Part shown: one piece after another, positions 10,251 to 22,131 of the stretch
How positions within the stretch are numbered: the stretch's first letter is position 1
How the letters are laid out: every line of letters begins with the position of its first letter
Origin: an uncultured Alphaproteobacteria bacterium
Lineage (GTDB): Bacteria > Pseudomonadota > Alphaproteobacteria > CAAHEQ01 > UBA3637
Reading direction: 5' to 3'
Length of the DNA: 64,000 nt
Assembly (NCBI GenBank): GCA_947586835.1
Contig: CANPXT010000001.1
Span: forward strand, 44,543-108,542
The notes under the pieces: generated by a model
What the model was told of the DNA's origin: nothing
What the model saw: only the letters and a program-made list of their open reading frames with translations
Database searches by the model: none
Translations under genes and position numbers: made by a program

Positions 10251-13200
10251 TCATTTTTTCCCGTGTATTTTTTCATAGATTGATTGTACCAAAACGTACA
10301 TTAAAGGAATCATCAATAAACCGCCAACGGTACCGATAAGCATGCCCCAAAAAACGGGCACACCGATTGCCTGTCGTCCGGCAGCAGCTGCTCCCGATGA
10401 GACCACCATCGGCCAAATACCTAAAATAAAAGCGGAAGCCGTCATTAAAACGGCTCTGAACCGTTCTTTCAATCCCTTTAATGCCGCATTGGTAATTGTG
10501 GCGCCTTTTTGACGTTCTTCTTTGGCAAACTCCACAATCAAAATGGCATTTTTACTGGCCAATCCGATCAGCAAAATAAGCCCCAATTGCGCGTAAATGC
10601 TTAAAGACAATCCCGAGAAAAACAATCCGATTAAGGCACCGTTAACAGCAACAATCAAGGAAAGCAAAACCGGTAAAGGCACTACAAAACTTTCATATTG
10701 CGCCACCAAAAAGAGATAAGCGAATAAAACGGCTAAAATAAGCAGATAACCAATTTGTCCGTGTGCCTGTTTTTCCTGAAAACTGGTAGTTGACCATTCA
10801 ATACCGAATCCTTTGGGTAATTGAGTCGTTAATTTTTCAACGGCTTTCATGGCTTCACCCGTACTAATACCCGGTTTTTGAACGGCAGTTATAGCGGCAG
10901 ACGGATATTGATTATACCGATTTACCACACGGGGAGCCAATACTTTATGCAACTCAACCAAACCGCGCATAGGAACCATTGCCCCGTTCTGATTCATAAC
11001 ATATAAGTTATTAATGCTGTCAATATCTTTACGATACGGCCAAGCCGATTGTAACATCACCTTATTGACTTGTGTGCCTAAATTAATATCATTCACATAA
11101 GCCGAACCCAAATAGCTTTCCAAAGTGGAAAAAATATTGCCGATCGGCACATTCATACTTTCGGCTTTTTCGCGATTAATATCTAAAAACACGTTGGGTG
11201 TTTTTGCATTAAACGTGGAATAAGCATAAGCAATTTCCGGCAACTGATTAATCTTACTTAAAAAGCTTTGCAAGGCAGCATCTAATTGTTGATAATCCAT
11301 TGATTGACGCGATTCTAAACGAATATCCAAACCATTTGCCATACCCAGCCCCGGAATGTCCGGCATTTCAAACATTTGAAATTCAGCTTCGGGAAATGAA
11401 GAAATTTTACCTCTCAAACGATTTAAAATCGTGGTGGAATATTCCGAATCGGCTTTTCTTTCATTCCACGGCTTTAATACAATAAACGACATGGCAACAT
11501 TCTCGCCGCGACCGGAAAGCAAACTGTATCCGACCACATCGGAAATACCTGCAACGCTTTTTTCCGATGCCACCACTTCATTGACTTTTTTTAAAAGCGT
11601 TTGCGTTCGTTTTTTGGAAGCCCCTTCCGGCAATTGCATATTTAAAACCATTACTCCTTGATCTTCATCGGGAATAAAAGAACTTTGCGTTACGGAAAAT
11701 AAACCGTATGCCAAAAGAATCAATAAACAAAAAAGTGTTGCAATCACACGTGGTTTTTTGGCAATAACGGAAACCGAAACACTGTATCCGTGAATACTTC
11801 TCGCAATGGTGTGATTTACTTTACCCCAAAACCCTTTTTTACGCGGTTTGATTTTCTTAATCAATAACGCACACAAGGCAGGCGATAATGTTAAAGCGTT
11901 TAACAGCGAGAACAAAATAGCCGTGGCAATTGTCACGGAAAATTGTTGATAAATCATTCCGACAATACCGTCCAAAAAGCCGACCGGAATAAAAATAGCC
12001 AACAGCACTAATGACGTTGCTACCAACGCTCCCGTAATTTCTTTCATAGCCTGATAGGTTGCTTCACGCGCCGTCATTTGCTCATTTTGCATTAAATGAA
12101 CTACTCGTTCCACCACCACAATGGCATCATCAACCACCAAACCGATAGCCAATAATAAAGCAAATAATGTAAACATATTAATACTGTATCCGAGTGCCAA
12201 AATCACGCAGAATGTTCCTAAAATGGAAACGGGAATCGTCAACGACGGAATGAGGGTAGAATAAAAATCCTGCAAGAAGAAATAACAAACGCCAATCACC
12301 AACGCCAACGTTAAAAAGAGCGTAAAAATCACTTCTTCAACCGAAGCATCAATATACTTTGTGGCATCATATCCGAAATCATATGTAATATCTTCAGGGA
12401 AAGTTTGAGATAACTCTTTGAGTGTGCTTGAAATGTTTTTAAATGTTTCCAACGCATTGGCACCTGATGAGAGGTTAATGGCCAACGTGACAGCCGTTTG
12501 TCCGTTATAAAGCCCGGAAATGGCATAAGATTCCTGTCCGATTTCAACGGTTGCCAAATCTTTTAAACGTGTTAAACCACCCTGCTCCGCCGTCCGAACA
12601 ATAATGTTTTCAAATTCTTCGGGCGTACTCATTCTTCCTTTGGTTTGTAAAGAATAAATCATCGGCGTATCGGAAGCCGTTGGCGACGCCCCTACACTGC
12701 CCAATGTCGGCTGATAGTTTTGTCCGGAAATGGCCGCATGAATATCCTTAACCGTAATATGCAAAGCAGCCATTTTATCGGCATTTAACCAAACGCGCAT
12801 ACTGAGTTTCGAGCCGTAAACATTCACGTTTCCGACACCGCTTACCCGAGCAATCGTTCTTTCAACGTTATTATAAATGTAATCGCTTAATTCTTTTTCG
12901 TTATATGTTCCTTTCGGCGAAGAAAACACAATGAATGCCAAAATGTTAGATGATTGCCGTTTTACGGAAAGCCCTTGCCGCGTCACTTCTTCGGGCAATT
13001 TTGCCATTGCCTGTTGCACGCGGTTTTGTACTTTAACTTGGGCAATATCCGGATCAATACCGGCTTTAAACGTGACCGTTAACGTATAACTGGAATCTTC
13101 GGAAGTGGAATCCATATAAAGCATATCTTCCACCCCGTTAATTTCATCTTCCAACGGAATACCGACCGTTTTGGCAATCACATCGGCATTGGCCCCGGGA

Positions 13201-13349
13201 TATGTTGCTCGCACGGCAATTTGCGGTGGCGTAACTTCCGGATACAGCGCAACCGGAAGTTTAAAAAGCGAAATCAGTCCCGCCAAAACAATCACAATGG
13301 AAATCACAAACGAAAAACGCGGTCTGCGAATAAAAAATCCGGAAAACAT
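10251..13349 (-). CDS. RND multidrug efflux permease (AcrB/MexB family)
   Basis: 1032 aa, 12-TM RND architecture with a typical N-terminus ([12 protein letters not shown]…). Confidence 0.9.
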   Translation of the reverse strand: MFSGFFIRRPRFSFVISIVIVLAGLISLFKLPVALYPEVTPPQIAVRATYPGANADVIAKTVGIPLEDEINGVEDMLYMDSTSEDSSYTLTVTFKAGIDPDIAQVKVQNRVQQAMAKLPEEVTRQGLSVKRQSSNILAFIVFSSPKGTYNEKELSDYIYNNVERTIARVSGVGNVNVYGSKLSMRVWLNADKMAALHITVKDIHAAISGQNYQPTLGSVGASPTASDTPMIYSLQTKGRMSTPEEFENIIVRTAEQGGLTRLKDLATVEIGQESYAISGLYNGQTAVTLAINLSSGANALETFKNISSTLKELSQTFPEDITYDFGYDATKYIDASVEEVIFTLFLTLALVIGVCYFFLQDFYSTLIPSLTIPVSILGTFCVILALGYSINMFTLFALLLAIGLVVDDAIVVVERVVHLMQNEQMTAREATYQAMKEITGALVATSLVLLAIFIPVGFLDGIVGMIYQQFSVTIATAILFSLLNALTLSPALCALLIKKIKPRKKGFWGKVNHTIARSIHGYSVSVSVIAKKPRVIATLFCLLILLAYGLFSVTQSSFIPDEDQGVMVLNMQLPEGASKKRTQTLLKKVNEVVASEKSVAGISDVVGYSLLSGRGENVAMSFIVLKPWNERKADSEYSTTILNRLRGKISSFPEAEFQMFEMPDIPGLGMANGLDIRLESRQSMDYQQLDAALQSFLSKINQLPEIAYAYSTFNAKTPNVFLDINREKAESMNVPIGNIFSTLESYLGSAYVNDINLGTQVNKVMLQSAWPYRKDIDSINNLYVMNQNGAMVPMRGLVELHKVLAPRVVNRYNQYPSAAITAVQKPGISTGEAMKAVEKLTTQLPKGFGIEWSTTSFQEKQAHGQIGYLLILAVLFAYLFLVAQYESFVVPLPVLLSLIVAVNGALIGLFFSGLSLSIYAQLGLILLIGLASKNAILIVEFAKEERQKGATITNAALKGLKERFRAVLMTASAFILGIWPMVVSSGAAAAGRQAIGVPVFWGMLIGTVGGLLMIPLMYVLVQSIYEKIHGKK

Positions 13350-13358
13350 AAGTACCTC

Positions 13359-14456
13359 CTATTCGCCGACCAAAGTCGGATTGACTTGCGAACCGTTTTT
13401 CACACGCTGTAATCCCTGTACAATCACGCGATCCGATTCGTTTAAACCTGATAATACAACTTGATTGTCTTCTACAACATCACCTAATTTCACATATTTT
13501 TGTTCAACAGTGTTCTCGTTATTCACCGTCATGACATATGTGCCGTTCACATCAGCGGATAAAGCAACCTGCGGCACTAAAAGCGATTCGTTTTTTTCAC
13601 CGAATCGAATGTAAATATCGACATAATTTCCGGGAATCAGTTGCATATCGGCATTTTCCAAATCAATATAAACGGGAATGGTTGCCGTATCTGGATTTAC
13701 TTCGTTATCGGAAAACATTTTCGAAGCGCTGACACTTTTAATGTTGCCGTCCGGCAAACGAATATCCGCAAAAACTTCATCTTCTTTTGCTTTTTTTAAA
13801 AAATTTGCCCGTTCTTTATCGGTAACGGAAAAAGCAATTCGAATCGGATCTGTTTGCACAATGCGCGCCAACTTTTGTGCATTCGGACTGACTAAATTTC
13901 CTTCTGTTACCAATGCTTTACCGATTCGACCGGTAATCGGTGCCTTAATTTCCGAATATTCCAAATTTAAGCGCGCCAAATCAAGCTGTGCTTCCGCTTG
14001 TTGCAAAGCACTTTGAGCAATATCAAGTTGTTTATCGGGAATATCACCGCTTTTATGCAATTTTTCCATCCGTTCATAATCTCTTTTAAGCTGAAAAACC
14101 GCCGCTTCTGCCGATTTTAAATCTGCTTTATACTTTCGTTGCTCAATCAGAAAAATATTATCTCCCTTCTGCACGAGCGATCCGTTTTGAAACAACACTT
14201 TTTCCAAATAACCCGAAACCTGCGGAATAATATCAACGCTGTTAATGGCTTCGACTTGGGCAATAAATTTTTTCTTGGGCGAAACATCTTGTTTTTTAAG
14301 ACCGGAAATTAAAACAAACGGCGTTTGATTCCAACCGTCAGCACCGGAAAAAGCGGGCATCATTTTTCCGTGTAAATACCATCCGAACGCACAAGCAACA
14401 ATAAAAAACGCAACTCTTTTTAAAATACGACTGCTTTTAATTTTTTTGATTTTCAT
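13359..14456 (-). CDS. RND efflux periplasmic adaptor (membrane fusion protein)
   Basis: 365 aa. Signal anchor, coiled-coil hairpin, and biotinyl-lipoyl-like and beta-barrel regions. Sits 10 bp upstream of the RND pump with a GGAGG RBS. Confidence 0.85.
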   Translation of the reverse strand: MKIKKIKSSRILKRVAFFIVACAFGWYLHGKMMPAFSGADGWNQTPFVLISGLKKQDVSPKKKFIAQVEAINSVDIIPQVSGYLEKVLFQNGSLVQKGDNIFLIEQRKYKADLKSAEAAVFQLKRDYERMEKLHKSGDIPDKQLDIAQSALQQAEAQLDLARLNLEYSEIKAPITGRIGKALVTEGNLVSPNAQKLARIVQTDPIRIAFSVTDKERANFLKKAKEDEVFADIRLPDGNIKSVSASKMFSDNEVNPDTATIPVYIDLENADMQLIPGNYVDIYIRFGEKNESLLVPQVALSADVNGTYVMTVNNENTVEQKYVKLGDVVEDNQVVLSGLNESDRVIVQGLQRVKNGSQVNPTLVGE

Positions 14457-14543
14457 TTTTATCCTCTCTTTTTTTTTAAATAATTATTCCGTATATGCCG
14501 AAAAAAACAGAAAATCAAGCAGAAAAAAACAAATGTAACTTTT

Positions 14544-14972
14544 CTAATGATATTTATTTTTTTCTTTCGGCCATTGAATAATTGTGTGAAAAAACGCGCG
14601 CGAAGGCAAAGGTGTCGTCATTAAAAGCACTTGTTCTTCCGGAGCGATTTTTAAAAATTGTTTTAACTGATTTCCCTGAATGGCATTAATTTTTGTTTTG
14701 GATCCGATTTCATTCATATAAGCAGGATGCCATTTTCGAATCCAACGCGAAACGGATTGCGCCGTCACACCCGTTAATGTTGCAATTTCCCGCATGGATA
14801 AACCGGAAAGATAAAGGGAATGAACGGCTAATTTTAAAAACATGGGTTTTCCGGCCGGTGTCATTTTTGTAAATTGATAACAACATTTTTTACATTGAAA
14901 TCGTTGTTTTCCAAATACTTTACCGTTTTTAACAATTTTTGTGAAACCACATTTCGGACATTTATATTGCAT
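14544..14972 (-). CDS. IS1-family InsA-like zinc-ribbon/HTH protein (solo; probable IS remnant or domesticated)
   Basis: CPKCG…NGK…RFQCKKC zinc ribbon plus an HTH (LSMREIATLTGV…SVSRW), as in IS1 InsA. No DDE/InsB partner. Start moved to the ATG at 14972 (GGAGG RBS); the ORF-track N-terminal extension is a poly-A/T artefact. Confidence 0.5.
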   Translation of the reverse strand: MQYKCPKCGFTKIVKNGKVFGKQRFQCKKCCYQFTKMTPAGKPMFLKLAVHSLYLSGLSMREIATLTGVTAQSVSRWIRKWHPAYMNEIGSKTKINAIQGNQLKQFLKIAPEEQVLLMTTPLPSRAFFHTIIQWPKEKNKYH

Positions 14973-15094
14973 TTTTTCCTCCGTTTCTTTAATATCATTA
15001 AAAAAGTTACAATTCAAGAAAAAAATAAAAAGAAAAACAGATAAAAAAATTTTTTTATTGCAAAAAAAAAAGAAATATAGTAAAAGCAATGTGT

Positions 15095-15169
15095 GACCCT
15101 ATCATCTAGCGGTTAGGATACGGCCCTCTCAAGGCCGGTACACGAGTTCAAATCTCGTTAGGGTCGCCA
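15095..15169 (+). tRNA. tRNA-Glu (anticodon CUC)
   Basis: Manual cloverleaf: acceptor GACCCTA/TAGGGTC, D-stem ATCT/GGAT, anticodon stem CGGCC/GGCCG with loop CTCTCAA, T-arm ACGAG-TTCAAAT-CTCGT, encoded CCA. Close to the E. coli tRNA-Glu scaffold. Confidence 0.8.
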
Positions 15170-15177
15170 TAACGAAC

Positions 15178-15204
15178 AGCAGGCTATTAAACGCCTGCTT
15201 TTTC
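15178..15204 (+). terminator. terminator after tRNA-Glu
   Basis: AGCAGGC-tattaaac-GCCTGCT followed by TTTTT. Confidence 0.55.
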
Positions 15205-15328
15205 TTTTATTTTCAAGCCTTTCAACTGGTTTGAAAGTTTGATTCTTTAAAAATGTCATTGATAATTATTAAAAATTAAACTTTGGAATCAATTAAATTT
15301 TACCACCTATCCATTTACCTTTTCATAA

Positions 15329-15360
15329 TAAAAAAAGCGGACATGTTCGCCCGCTTTTTA
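15329..15360 (-). terminator. terminator after gatB
   Basis: AAAGCGG…CCGCTTT hairpin with a T-run on the minus strand. Confidence 0.5.
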
Positions 15361-15381
15361 TCAGTTGTGTTTTTTTCAATA

Positions 15382-16833
15382 TTATTCTGCCAATTTTTTA
15401 TCCAGTAATTGATTGGCTAACGCCGGATTGACTTTGCCTTGCGAAGCTTTCATGATCTGTCCGACAAACCAACCTTTCAGCTTATCTTTGCCGGCCTTAA
15501 TTTCTGCCACTTTATCAGCATTTTGTGCCAAAATATCAGCAATCAACGCTTCAATGGCGCCGGTATCGGAAACTTGCTTCAACCCCTTTTCTTCAACGAT
15601 AACCGCCGGCGCTTTACCGGTTTCAGCCATCAGCTCAAACACTTCTTTGGCAATTTTACCGGAAATGGTACCGTCGGAAATCAACCCGACCAAAGCCCCG
15701 AGATTTTCCGCACTGATAGGGCTTTCCGTAACGGTTTTTCCCGATTTATTCAAATAAGCAAACAAATCGCCCATAATCCAGTTTGCCACTTTTTTGGCAT
15801 CTTGACCAATAATGGCAGTTTCGAAATAATGTGCCGTTTCGGTATCAGCCGTTAAAATACCGGCATCATAAGGCGTTAACCCCAATGTTTCAATATACCG
15901 TTTTTTCTTGGCTTCGGGCAATTCCGGCAAGTTACGCCGAATGTTTTCGATATATTCATCGGTTAAGATCACGGGCAACAAATCCGGATCGGGAAAATAC
16001 CGATAATCGTTAGCATTTTCTTTGGAACGCATCAGCCGTGTTTCCAAGTTAACCGAATCAAATAAACGCGTTTCCTGATCAAAAGATTCACCCGATTCAT
16101 ATAAATCAATTTGTCGCTGAGCTTCAATTTCAATGGCCTGCATGACAAAACGAACGGAATTCACGTTTTTCACTTCCGCCCGCGGACGCAAACCTGTTTC
16201 ACCTGTTTTCCGTACCGAGACATTAACGTCGCAACGCATGGAGCCTTCGTCCATATTCCCGTCACATGTGCCTAATGCCCGCACAATCGCGCGCAATTGC
16301 CGTAAATATTCGCCGGCTTCTTCAGGCGAACGCATATCGGGCTTAGAGACAATTTCCATTAAGCCGACACCGCAACGATTTAAATCAATAAACGATTGCG
16401 TGGGACTCATATCATGAATGGATTTACCGGCATCTTGCTCTAAATGCAATCGCTCGACACCGATTTTGCGCGTGCCTTCCGACGTCGTAACTTCAATATA
16501 GCCTTCTCCGACAATCGGATGATATAATTGACTGATTTGATAGCCTTGCGGTAAATCGGCATAAAAATAATTCTTACGATCAAACCGCGAATATTTATTG
16601 ATAACGGCATTTAACCCCATACCGGTTTTTACGCATTGTTCTATGCATTTTTCGTTCACCGACGGCAACATACCCGGAAAAGCCGCATCAATAAATGAAA
16701 CATGCGTATTTTGTTCAGCGCCGAATGCGGTATCGGACGGTGAAAACACCTTGGATTTAGAAATAATTTGACAATGAACTTCCAACCCGATGACCAATTC
16801 CCATGTACCTGTTTTTCCTTGAATTGTATACAT
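15382..16833 (-). CDS. gatB: Asp/Glu-tRNA(Asn/Gln) amidotransferase subunit B
   Basis: 483 aa. GatB N-terminal (GLEVHCQI) and YqeY-like C-terminal domain. Confidence 0.95.
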   Translation of the reverse strand: MYTIQGKTGTWELVIGLEVHCQIISKSKVFSPSDTAFGAEQNTHVSFIDAAFPGMLPSVNEKCIEQCVKTGMGLNAVINKYSRFDRKNYFYADLPQGYQISQLYHPIVGEGYIEVTTSEGTRKIGVERLHLEQDAGKSIHDMSPTQSFIDLNRCGVGLMEIVSKPDMRSPEEAGEYLRQLRAIVRALGTCDGNMDEGSMRCDVNVSVRKTGETGLRPRAEVKNVNSVRFVMQAIEIEAQRQIDLYESGESFDQETRLFDSVNLETRLMRSKENANDYRYFPDPDLLPVILTDEYIENIRRNLPELPEAKKKRYIETLGLTPYDAGILTADTETAHYFETAIIGQDAKKVANWIMGDLFAYLNKSGKTVTESPISAENLGALVGLISDGTISGKIAKEVFELMAETGKAPAVIVEEKGLKQVSDTGAIEALIADILAQNADKVAEIKAGKDKLKGWFVGQIMKASQGKVNPALANQLLDKKLAE

Positions 16834-16836
16834 AAC

Positions 16837-18321
16837 TTATCCTTTCACATAATGCGGTGTTTTCACGAAACGTGCCTCATCTTCCAAAGCTTGCGCTACT
16901 TGAAAGACCGTTTGTTCATCAAAATGACGACCGATCACTTGCAATCCGACCGGCAAACCGTTTTTCGCCAAAGCAATCGGCAAAGCAATAGACGGCACTC
17001 CCGCTAACGAACTCGGTGTTGTGAAAACATCACCCAGATAAGTATCAACGGGACTCATGGTTTTCATGGCTTCATAGGAAAGAGCCGTTGTCGGCGCGGC
17101 AGGTGCCAAAATGGCATCCACTTTTTGAAACGCATCGATAAAGTCGTTATAGATGAGCCGCCGCACGCGTTGTGCCCGAATATAATAAGCATCATAAAAA
17201 CCGGCCGACAATACAAATGTTCCGAGTAAAATACGACGAATTACTTCGGCGCCGAATCCGTCCGTACGCGTGTTTTCATACATTTCATCCAATGTTTTAC
17301 CCGGCACCCGAGTCGTATAACGCACACCGTCATAACGCGACAGATTTGACGAAGCTTCCGCACAGGCAATAATATAATAAACCGGCAAGGCGTATTTCGT
17401 ATGCGGTAAGGAAATTTCAACCGTTTCGGCACCGGCATTTTGAATCATTTGAACGCCTTTATCCCATACTTCGGCTACCATCGGATTTAAATCTTTGGAA
17501 CGATATTCTTTCGGAATACCGATTTTTTTGCCTTTTAAATCACGTCCCAAAAATTGCGTAAAATCAGGAACGGGCAAATCGGCCACCGTTGAATCATGCG
17601 AATCCATACCCGCCATTTCCCGCAGCATTAATGCACAATCTTTAACCGTACGCGCCATGGGACCGGCCTGATCCAAAGAAGACGCAAACGCTACGATACC
17701 GTATCTTGAACATCTGCCATACGTCGGTTTCATTCCCGTAATGCCGCAAAAAGACGCCGGTTGCCGAATAGATCCGCCGGTATCCGATCCGGTCGCTCCT
17801 AAACATAACCCGGCAGCGACCGCGGCAGCCGATCCGCCGGAAGAACCGCCCGGAACCAAAGAATAAGCACCGGTTTCATCTGCCCACGGATTTTTAGTTA
17901 CACCGAAATAGCTGGTCATGGTCGATCCCCCCATGGCAAACTGATCGGTATTGACTTTTCCCAACATAACCGTACCGGCATTTTTTAAGTTTTGCGTGAC
18001 CGTTGATTCATAAGGCGGCACAAACTCGGACAAAATTTTTGAAGCCGCCGTCGTGCGAACACCTTTGGTACAATATAAATCTTTATTGGCAATGGGAATA
18101 CCTTCCAATCGACCGATTTTTTCACCCGATGACCGTTTTTTGTCGCTTTCCGCCGCTTGTCTTAAAGCCAATTCCGGTGTTTCGGTAATGAACACGTTTA
18201 AAAAGCGCGCTTTTTCCATTTCCGCCAAATGCGCTCGGGTTAATTCCACTGAGGAAATTTCTTTTTTATTCAATAAATCCAACGCTTCGGTTATTGTTAA
18301 ATCTGTCAAACGTTCAACCAT
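16837..18321 (-). CDS. gatA: Glu-tRNA(Gln) amidotransferase subunit A
   Basis: 494 aa. Amidase signature ([12 protein letters not shown]). Confidence 0.95.
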   Translation of the reverse strand: MVERLTDLTITEALDLLNKKEISSVELTRAHLAEMEKARFLNVFITETPELALRQAAESDKKRSSGEKIGRLEGIPIANKDLYCTKGVRTTAASKILSEFVPPYESTVTQNLKNAGTVMLGKVNTDQFAMGGSTMTSYFGVTKNPWADETGAYSLVPGGSSGGSAAAVAAGLCLGATGSDTGGSIRQPASFCGITGMKPTYGRCSRYGIVAFASSLDQAGPMARTVKDCALMLREMAGMDSHDSTVADLPVPDFTQFLGRDLKGKKIGIPKEYRSKDLNPMVAEVWDKGVQMIQNAGAETVEISLPHTKYALPVYYIIACAEASSNLSRYDGVRYTTRVPGKTLDEMYENTRTDGFGAEVIRRILLGTFVLSAGFYDAYYIRAQRVRRLIYNDFIDAFQKVDAILAPAAPTTALSYEAMKTMSPVDTYLGDVFTTPSSLAGVPSIALPIALAKNGLPVGLQVIGRHFDEQTVFQVAQALEDEARFVKTPHYVKG

Positions 18322-18326
18322 TTTTC

Positions 18327-18614
18327 TTACTCCACCATTTTGGGTACGACATAAAAACCTTGTATCGATTCGGGGGCATTTGCCATCAATTCCTCTTGAA
18401 TACCACCGACCAACACTTCATCTTTGCGTACGGCATTCGTACGCGGGGTAACGGAAACCAACGGTTCCACATTTGTAATATCAACTTCTTTTAAATCTTC
18501 CACCCACTGTAATATGCCGTTAATATCATTCATAAACTTTTCTTCTTGCTCTGCCGGAAAACGTAACCGCGCCAGCTTGGCAATATTTTTAATTGTTTTT
18601 TCATTAAAGCTCAT
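18327..18614 (-). CDS. gatC: Glu-tRNA(Gln) amidotransferase subunit C
   Basis: 95 aa GatC; gatC-gatA-gatB operon order. Confidence 0.9.
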   Translation of the reverse strand: MSFNEKTIKNIAKLARLRFPAEQEEKFMNDINGILQWVEDLKEVDITNVEPLVSVTPRTNAVRKDEVLVGGIQEELMANAPESIQGFYVVPKMVE

Positions 18615-18935
18615 TTTATTCTCTCACTTTATATTATTTCGAAAAAAAATATCGGATGTGTTCTTCTTCACACGTTTTTACAATACCTTTTTTCACTAAA
18701 AAGTCAATCATTTTTTCATATTTCAAAAACCGTTCTACTCAAAATCAAACACAAAAATGTGTTTCTGTTCGCATTCCCGATGTGTGACCAATAGCTTTCA
18801 GATTCTTTGTATCAAAATAATATCAAAGGATAAGTCAACAATCTTTTGGGTTGTTTTAAAAGCTTTTTTAGGGGTTTTAAATTTTCCCGAAAGTTATTTT
18901 TTCAAAAAAAGATGCTTTTTTTTCATTTTTTTCTG

Positions 18936-18962
18936 TTCATTTATTTTTTTATCTGTTATAAT
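18936..18962 (+). promoter_or_regulatory. putative extended -10 promoter for virB3-virB4 (TTCATT-15-TGtTATAAT)
   Basis: TGnTATAAT motif 33 nt upstream of the virB3 ATG. Confidence 0.35.
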
Positions 18963-18994
18963 ATAATGAAGCTGGTTTTAAAAGGAAAAAAATA

Positions 18995-19285
18995 ATGCGT
19001 GAACCGATTTTGAAAGCCGTGGCCATGCCACCTAAAATCTTTTGGGCACCGTTTGTGCCGGCAGTTGTTAATTTTTCCATGCAAATGGGCATTATGGTCA
19101 TGTGTTTAGCTGTGTTTAACACAAACCCGTTGTGGTTTATTTTACCGTTGGGAATCGGCCATTTTATTATTGCCGGTTATGCGTGGAACGAACCGCATAT
19201 GTCCCGTATGATGATGACTTACGGTCCCATGTCTTCTCCCACAAAAAACATTTACCCCGCTAAAGGGCATAAGTTAGCGCCTTAA
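18995..19285 (+). CDS. virB3: type IV secretion system protein VirB3
   Basis: 96 aa, two TM helices, VirB3/TrbD-like. Directly upstream of virB4. Confidence 0.7.
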   Translation: MREPILKAVAMPPKIFWAPFVPAVVNFSMQMGIMVMCLAVFNTNPLWFILPLGIGHFIIAGYAWNEPHMSRMMMTYGPMSSPTKNIYPAKGHKLAP

Positions 19286-19305
19286 AATAAGGATAATAAA
19301 AATCA

Positions 19306-21750
19306 ATGAACAGTATACCGATGGATCTAAACGTTTTTGGCATGTTGGCGCAGGGTGCTTCCTCGTTTTCAACGTGGATGGCCGTTATCGGCATTATCGG
19401 CACAATGATGATTATGTCCGTGTTCGTAACCAAGCTCGGCGATATTATTCTACCGAAACCAAAAGAAACACGCGTATCTGACTTTTTACCGTTCAGCAAG
19501 TTAGATGAAGACGGCGCAACCATTCATTTACGCAACGGTTCTTTGGCACGCGTGTATGAAGTTAAAGGCGTTGATACCACCTTATTAACCGGATCCGAGC
19601 GTGTTGCTTTAACGGGTGCCCGCAAACAATGGATTGATTCCATGGCGCAGTTGGAAATTGTTTCACGGGTAATTACCATTCGGGAAAAAGTTTCTTTATC
19701 CGATTTGGGGCAACATAAAGACAGTAAATTATTGCGTACGATTTCCGATAAATGGATGGAAAGTTTGCATCGGGTATTTCGAAATAAACATTATATTGTT
19801 ATCTCCGTTAATGATCGCAAAAACGCTATGGAAGATTTGCAACAAGCCTCTCTGGCCTTAACTTCTATTTTGGATATGTATGAACCGCGGCTTATTTCCG
19901 AAAAGCCGCCGTTTAAAACAAATGATCAAAGTCCGTTTTGGCTGTTTGCCCAATTGGCAAGCCCTTTATCGGTTCCAAAACCGCGCGTCGGCGGTGAACA
20001 AGGAGAATACTTAAATGCACTTTTAACGGCAGATTATATTCATTTTACCCGAGACGAAGGAATTATTAAATTTATTTCTGGTGATATGGAAAAACTCGGC
20101 ATTTGTATCGGCATTCGTAAGCCCGGTGACTTTATGGACGAACAAATGATTGCCGATATTTTAAGTATTGATTGCGAAGTTACGCTTTTACATAATATTA
20201 AAGCCATTCCGATGATTAAAGCCAATATGTTGTTGATGCAACAACGACGTATGGCCTTTTTAACCACTTTTTCAACAAACGTGATGGCTCAATATTCAAC
20301 GGCTTTGGAATGGTTGGATCAATCCGATGCCGACGGGCAAACGTTAAACGAATATGCCATGACGGTGTTTATTTTCGGAGAAACGAAAGATGAAGTAAAA
20401 TTCGGGCAGGAAGAAGTTGAAAAAATATGCCGTATTTACAACGTAACACCCGTTCGAGACGGTTGGGCGGCACAAGCTTCATTCTTTGCGCAATTTCCGA
20501 CATATGAAATTTACCCGCGCACGTTCTTGTACTTATCTCGCGTGGTAGCATGCAGTATTTGTATTGATAAAACAGCTGAAGGTCGACGGAAATCCGACTG
20601 GGGTCCGATGCCGCTTTCTTATTTCCGCACCATTACCGGTACGGCTTATGCTTTCCAATTCCATGTTTCGGAAGAAGCTTATGCCGTGGCACATACGGCT
20701 TTAATCGGTCCGACGGGACAAGGTAAAACAACATTCTTCTCCTTTATGGCCGGACAATCAATGCGCATTCCCGATTTGCATACCTATTTCTTTGATCGCA
20801 ACAACGGTGCCAAAGTGTTTGCTTTAATGCTGAATGCACCGTATGTTCGGTTTGACGGCGGTGAAGAATCGGTATCATTAAATCCGTTTGCCGTGCCTGA
20901 CACACCTGATAATCGCGCCTTTTTGCGCACATGGATGCGAGATATTACGGGGGGAACAGACGCCGTTTCCGAACAGGAAATTGCACGTGCCGTTACAACG
21001 GCGTTTGAATATTTGCGTCCCGATGAGCGATTAATGAAAAATCTTTATAAAAGCTGTTTTGCGCCGAACGGGTTTATGCGTCGGGAATTATTCCGCTGGG
21101 TAAATGATGATCAATACGGACGTATTTTTAACTCTTTAACCGATAATTTGGATTTATCCAGTCGTTACATGGCTTTTGATTTCACAACCATTTTCCAAGA
21201 CGGCGTGTTGGCACCTGCCGTTATCAGCTATGTGATGCATCGTATTCATACATTGGCAACGGCTACCGGTGCGCCGAGTTTAATTATGATTGATGAAACC
21301 GCACCGATGCTGGAACATCCTATGTTTAAAGACAGTTTTATTGTCGGTTTACGGGAAGGTCGTAAAAAACGGCAAGCATTTTTGTGCGCCTTCCAGCAAC
21401 CGCGCTTTTTGGATGATAACGGGTTAGGCGATGTGATTCGCGGTCAATGTCAAACGGTTATTTTCTTCCGCAACCCGCAGGCCAATCCATCAGATTATGC
21501 CACATGGAACTTAACACCGCGCGAAATGAATTTTATTATGGGTAAAGAGTTTGCCGATAGAAAATATGCGATTTTGGTTTCCCGTCCCGCTATTCACGAA
21601 TCGGTTATTTTAGATGTTGATTTAAGCGGATTAGGCCCGTATTTAAAAGTTTATTCTTCCGGTAATAAAAATGTGTTATTGGCTGAACAGCTGTCAAAAC
21701 AATTACAAGATACCGACGCGTTGGTTCAAGCTTATTTGGATAAGGCATAA
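19306..21750 (+). CDS. virB4: type IV secretion system ATPase VirB4
   Basis: 814 aa CagE/TrbE/VirB4 family with Walker A GPTGQGKT. Confidence 0.85.
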   Translation: MNSIPMDLNVFGMLAQGASSFSTWMAVIGIIGTMMIMSVFVTKLGDIILPKPKETRVSDFLPFSKLDEDGATIHLRNGSLARVYEVKGVDTTLLTGSERVALTGARKQWIDSMAQLEIVSRVITIREKVSLSDLGQHKDSKLLRTISDKWMESLHRVFRNKHYIVISVNDRKNAMEDLQQASLALTSILDMYEPRLISEKPPFKTNDQSPFWLFAQLASPLSVPKPRVGGEQGEYLNALLTADYIHFTRDEGIIKFISGDMEKLGICIGIRKPGDFMDEQMIADILSIDCEVTLLHNIKAIPMIKANMLLMQQRRMAFLTTFSTNVMAQYSTALEWLDQSDADGQTLNEYAMTVFIFGETKDEVKFGQEEVEKICRIYNVTPVRDGWAAQASFFAQFPTYEIYPRTFLYLSRVVACSICIDKTAEGRRKSDWGPMPLSYFRTITGTAYAFQFHVSEEAYAVAHTALIGPTGQGKTTFFSFMAGQSMRIPDLHTYFFDRNNGAKVFALMLNAPYVRFDGGEESVSLNPFAVPDTPDNRAFLRTWMRDITGGTDAVSEQEIARAVTTAFEYLRPDERLMKNLYKSCFAPNGFMRRELFRWVNDDQYGRIFNSLTDNLDLSSRYMAFDFTTIFQDGVLAPAVISYVMHRIHTLATATGAPSLIMIDETAPMLEHPMFKDSFIVGLREGRKKRQAFLCAFQQPRFLDDNGLGDVIRGQCQTVIFFRNPQANPSDYATWNLTPREMNFIMGKEFADRKYAILVSRPAIHESVILDVDLSGLGPYLKVYSSGNKNVLLAEQLSKQLQDTDALVQAYLDKA

Positions 21751-21771
21751 AGAAAAAAGAAAAAGAAAAAA

Positions 21772-21802
21772 AACATCTCCCGAAACAGGAGATGTTTTTT
21801 TG
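21772..21802. terminator. bidirectional terminator after virB4
   Basis: AACATCTCC-cgaaaca-GGAGATGTT followed by T-run. Confidence 0.65.
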
Positions 21803-22000
21803 TTATTCGACATGGTTTCGAATGGCAAGCACAACCAACACCACTGCCCCTATTCCGATTAAGGAATAAATAACACGAGAAAGAATACTCATTGTGCCAA
21901 ATAAAAATGCAACCAAATCAAAACCGAATAATCCGACCAGTCCCCAGTTCAAAGCACCGATCAGACATAACACCGAGAGTGTTTTCATTAATATATCCAT
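21803..22000 (-). CDS. DUF378-family small membrane protein
   Basis: 65 aa, two TM helices, GALNWGLVGLF motif typical of DUF378. Confidence 0.55.
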   Translation of the reverse strand: MDILMKTLSVLCLIGALNWGLVGLFGFDLVAFLFGTMSILSRVIYSLIGIGAVVLVVLAIRNHVE

Positions 22001-22131
22001 TATAGTCTCCTTTCGTTGCCTGTTATATATAGGGTTTCAAATAAAAATTACAATATTTTGACTAAAAATAATCGACATTCTCTTGTTTTTTGTGATTTTC
22101 AAATCCATAAAAAAGAAAAAAAGGGAAAAAA

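Noticed and set aside
14973-15089. 39-codon N-terminal extension of the InsA-like ORF (MLLLYFFFFCNKK…)
   Set aside because: It translates a poly-A/T promoter region. A GGAGG RBS sits right before the internal ATG at 14972.
15095-15169. tRNA on the minus strand / integrase-associated island at the tRNA
   Set aside because: The reverse complement does not fold into a cloverleaf. No integrase gene is adjacent, only the InsA-like remnant.
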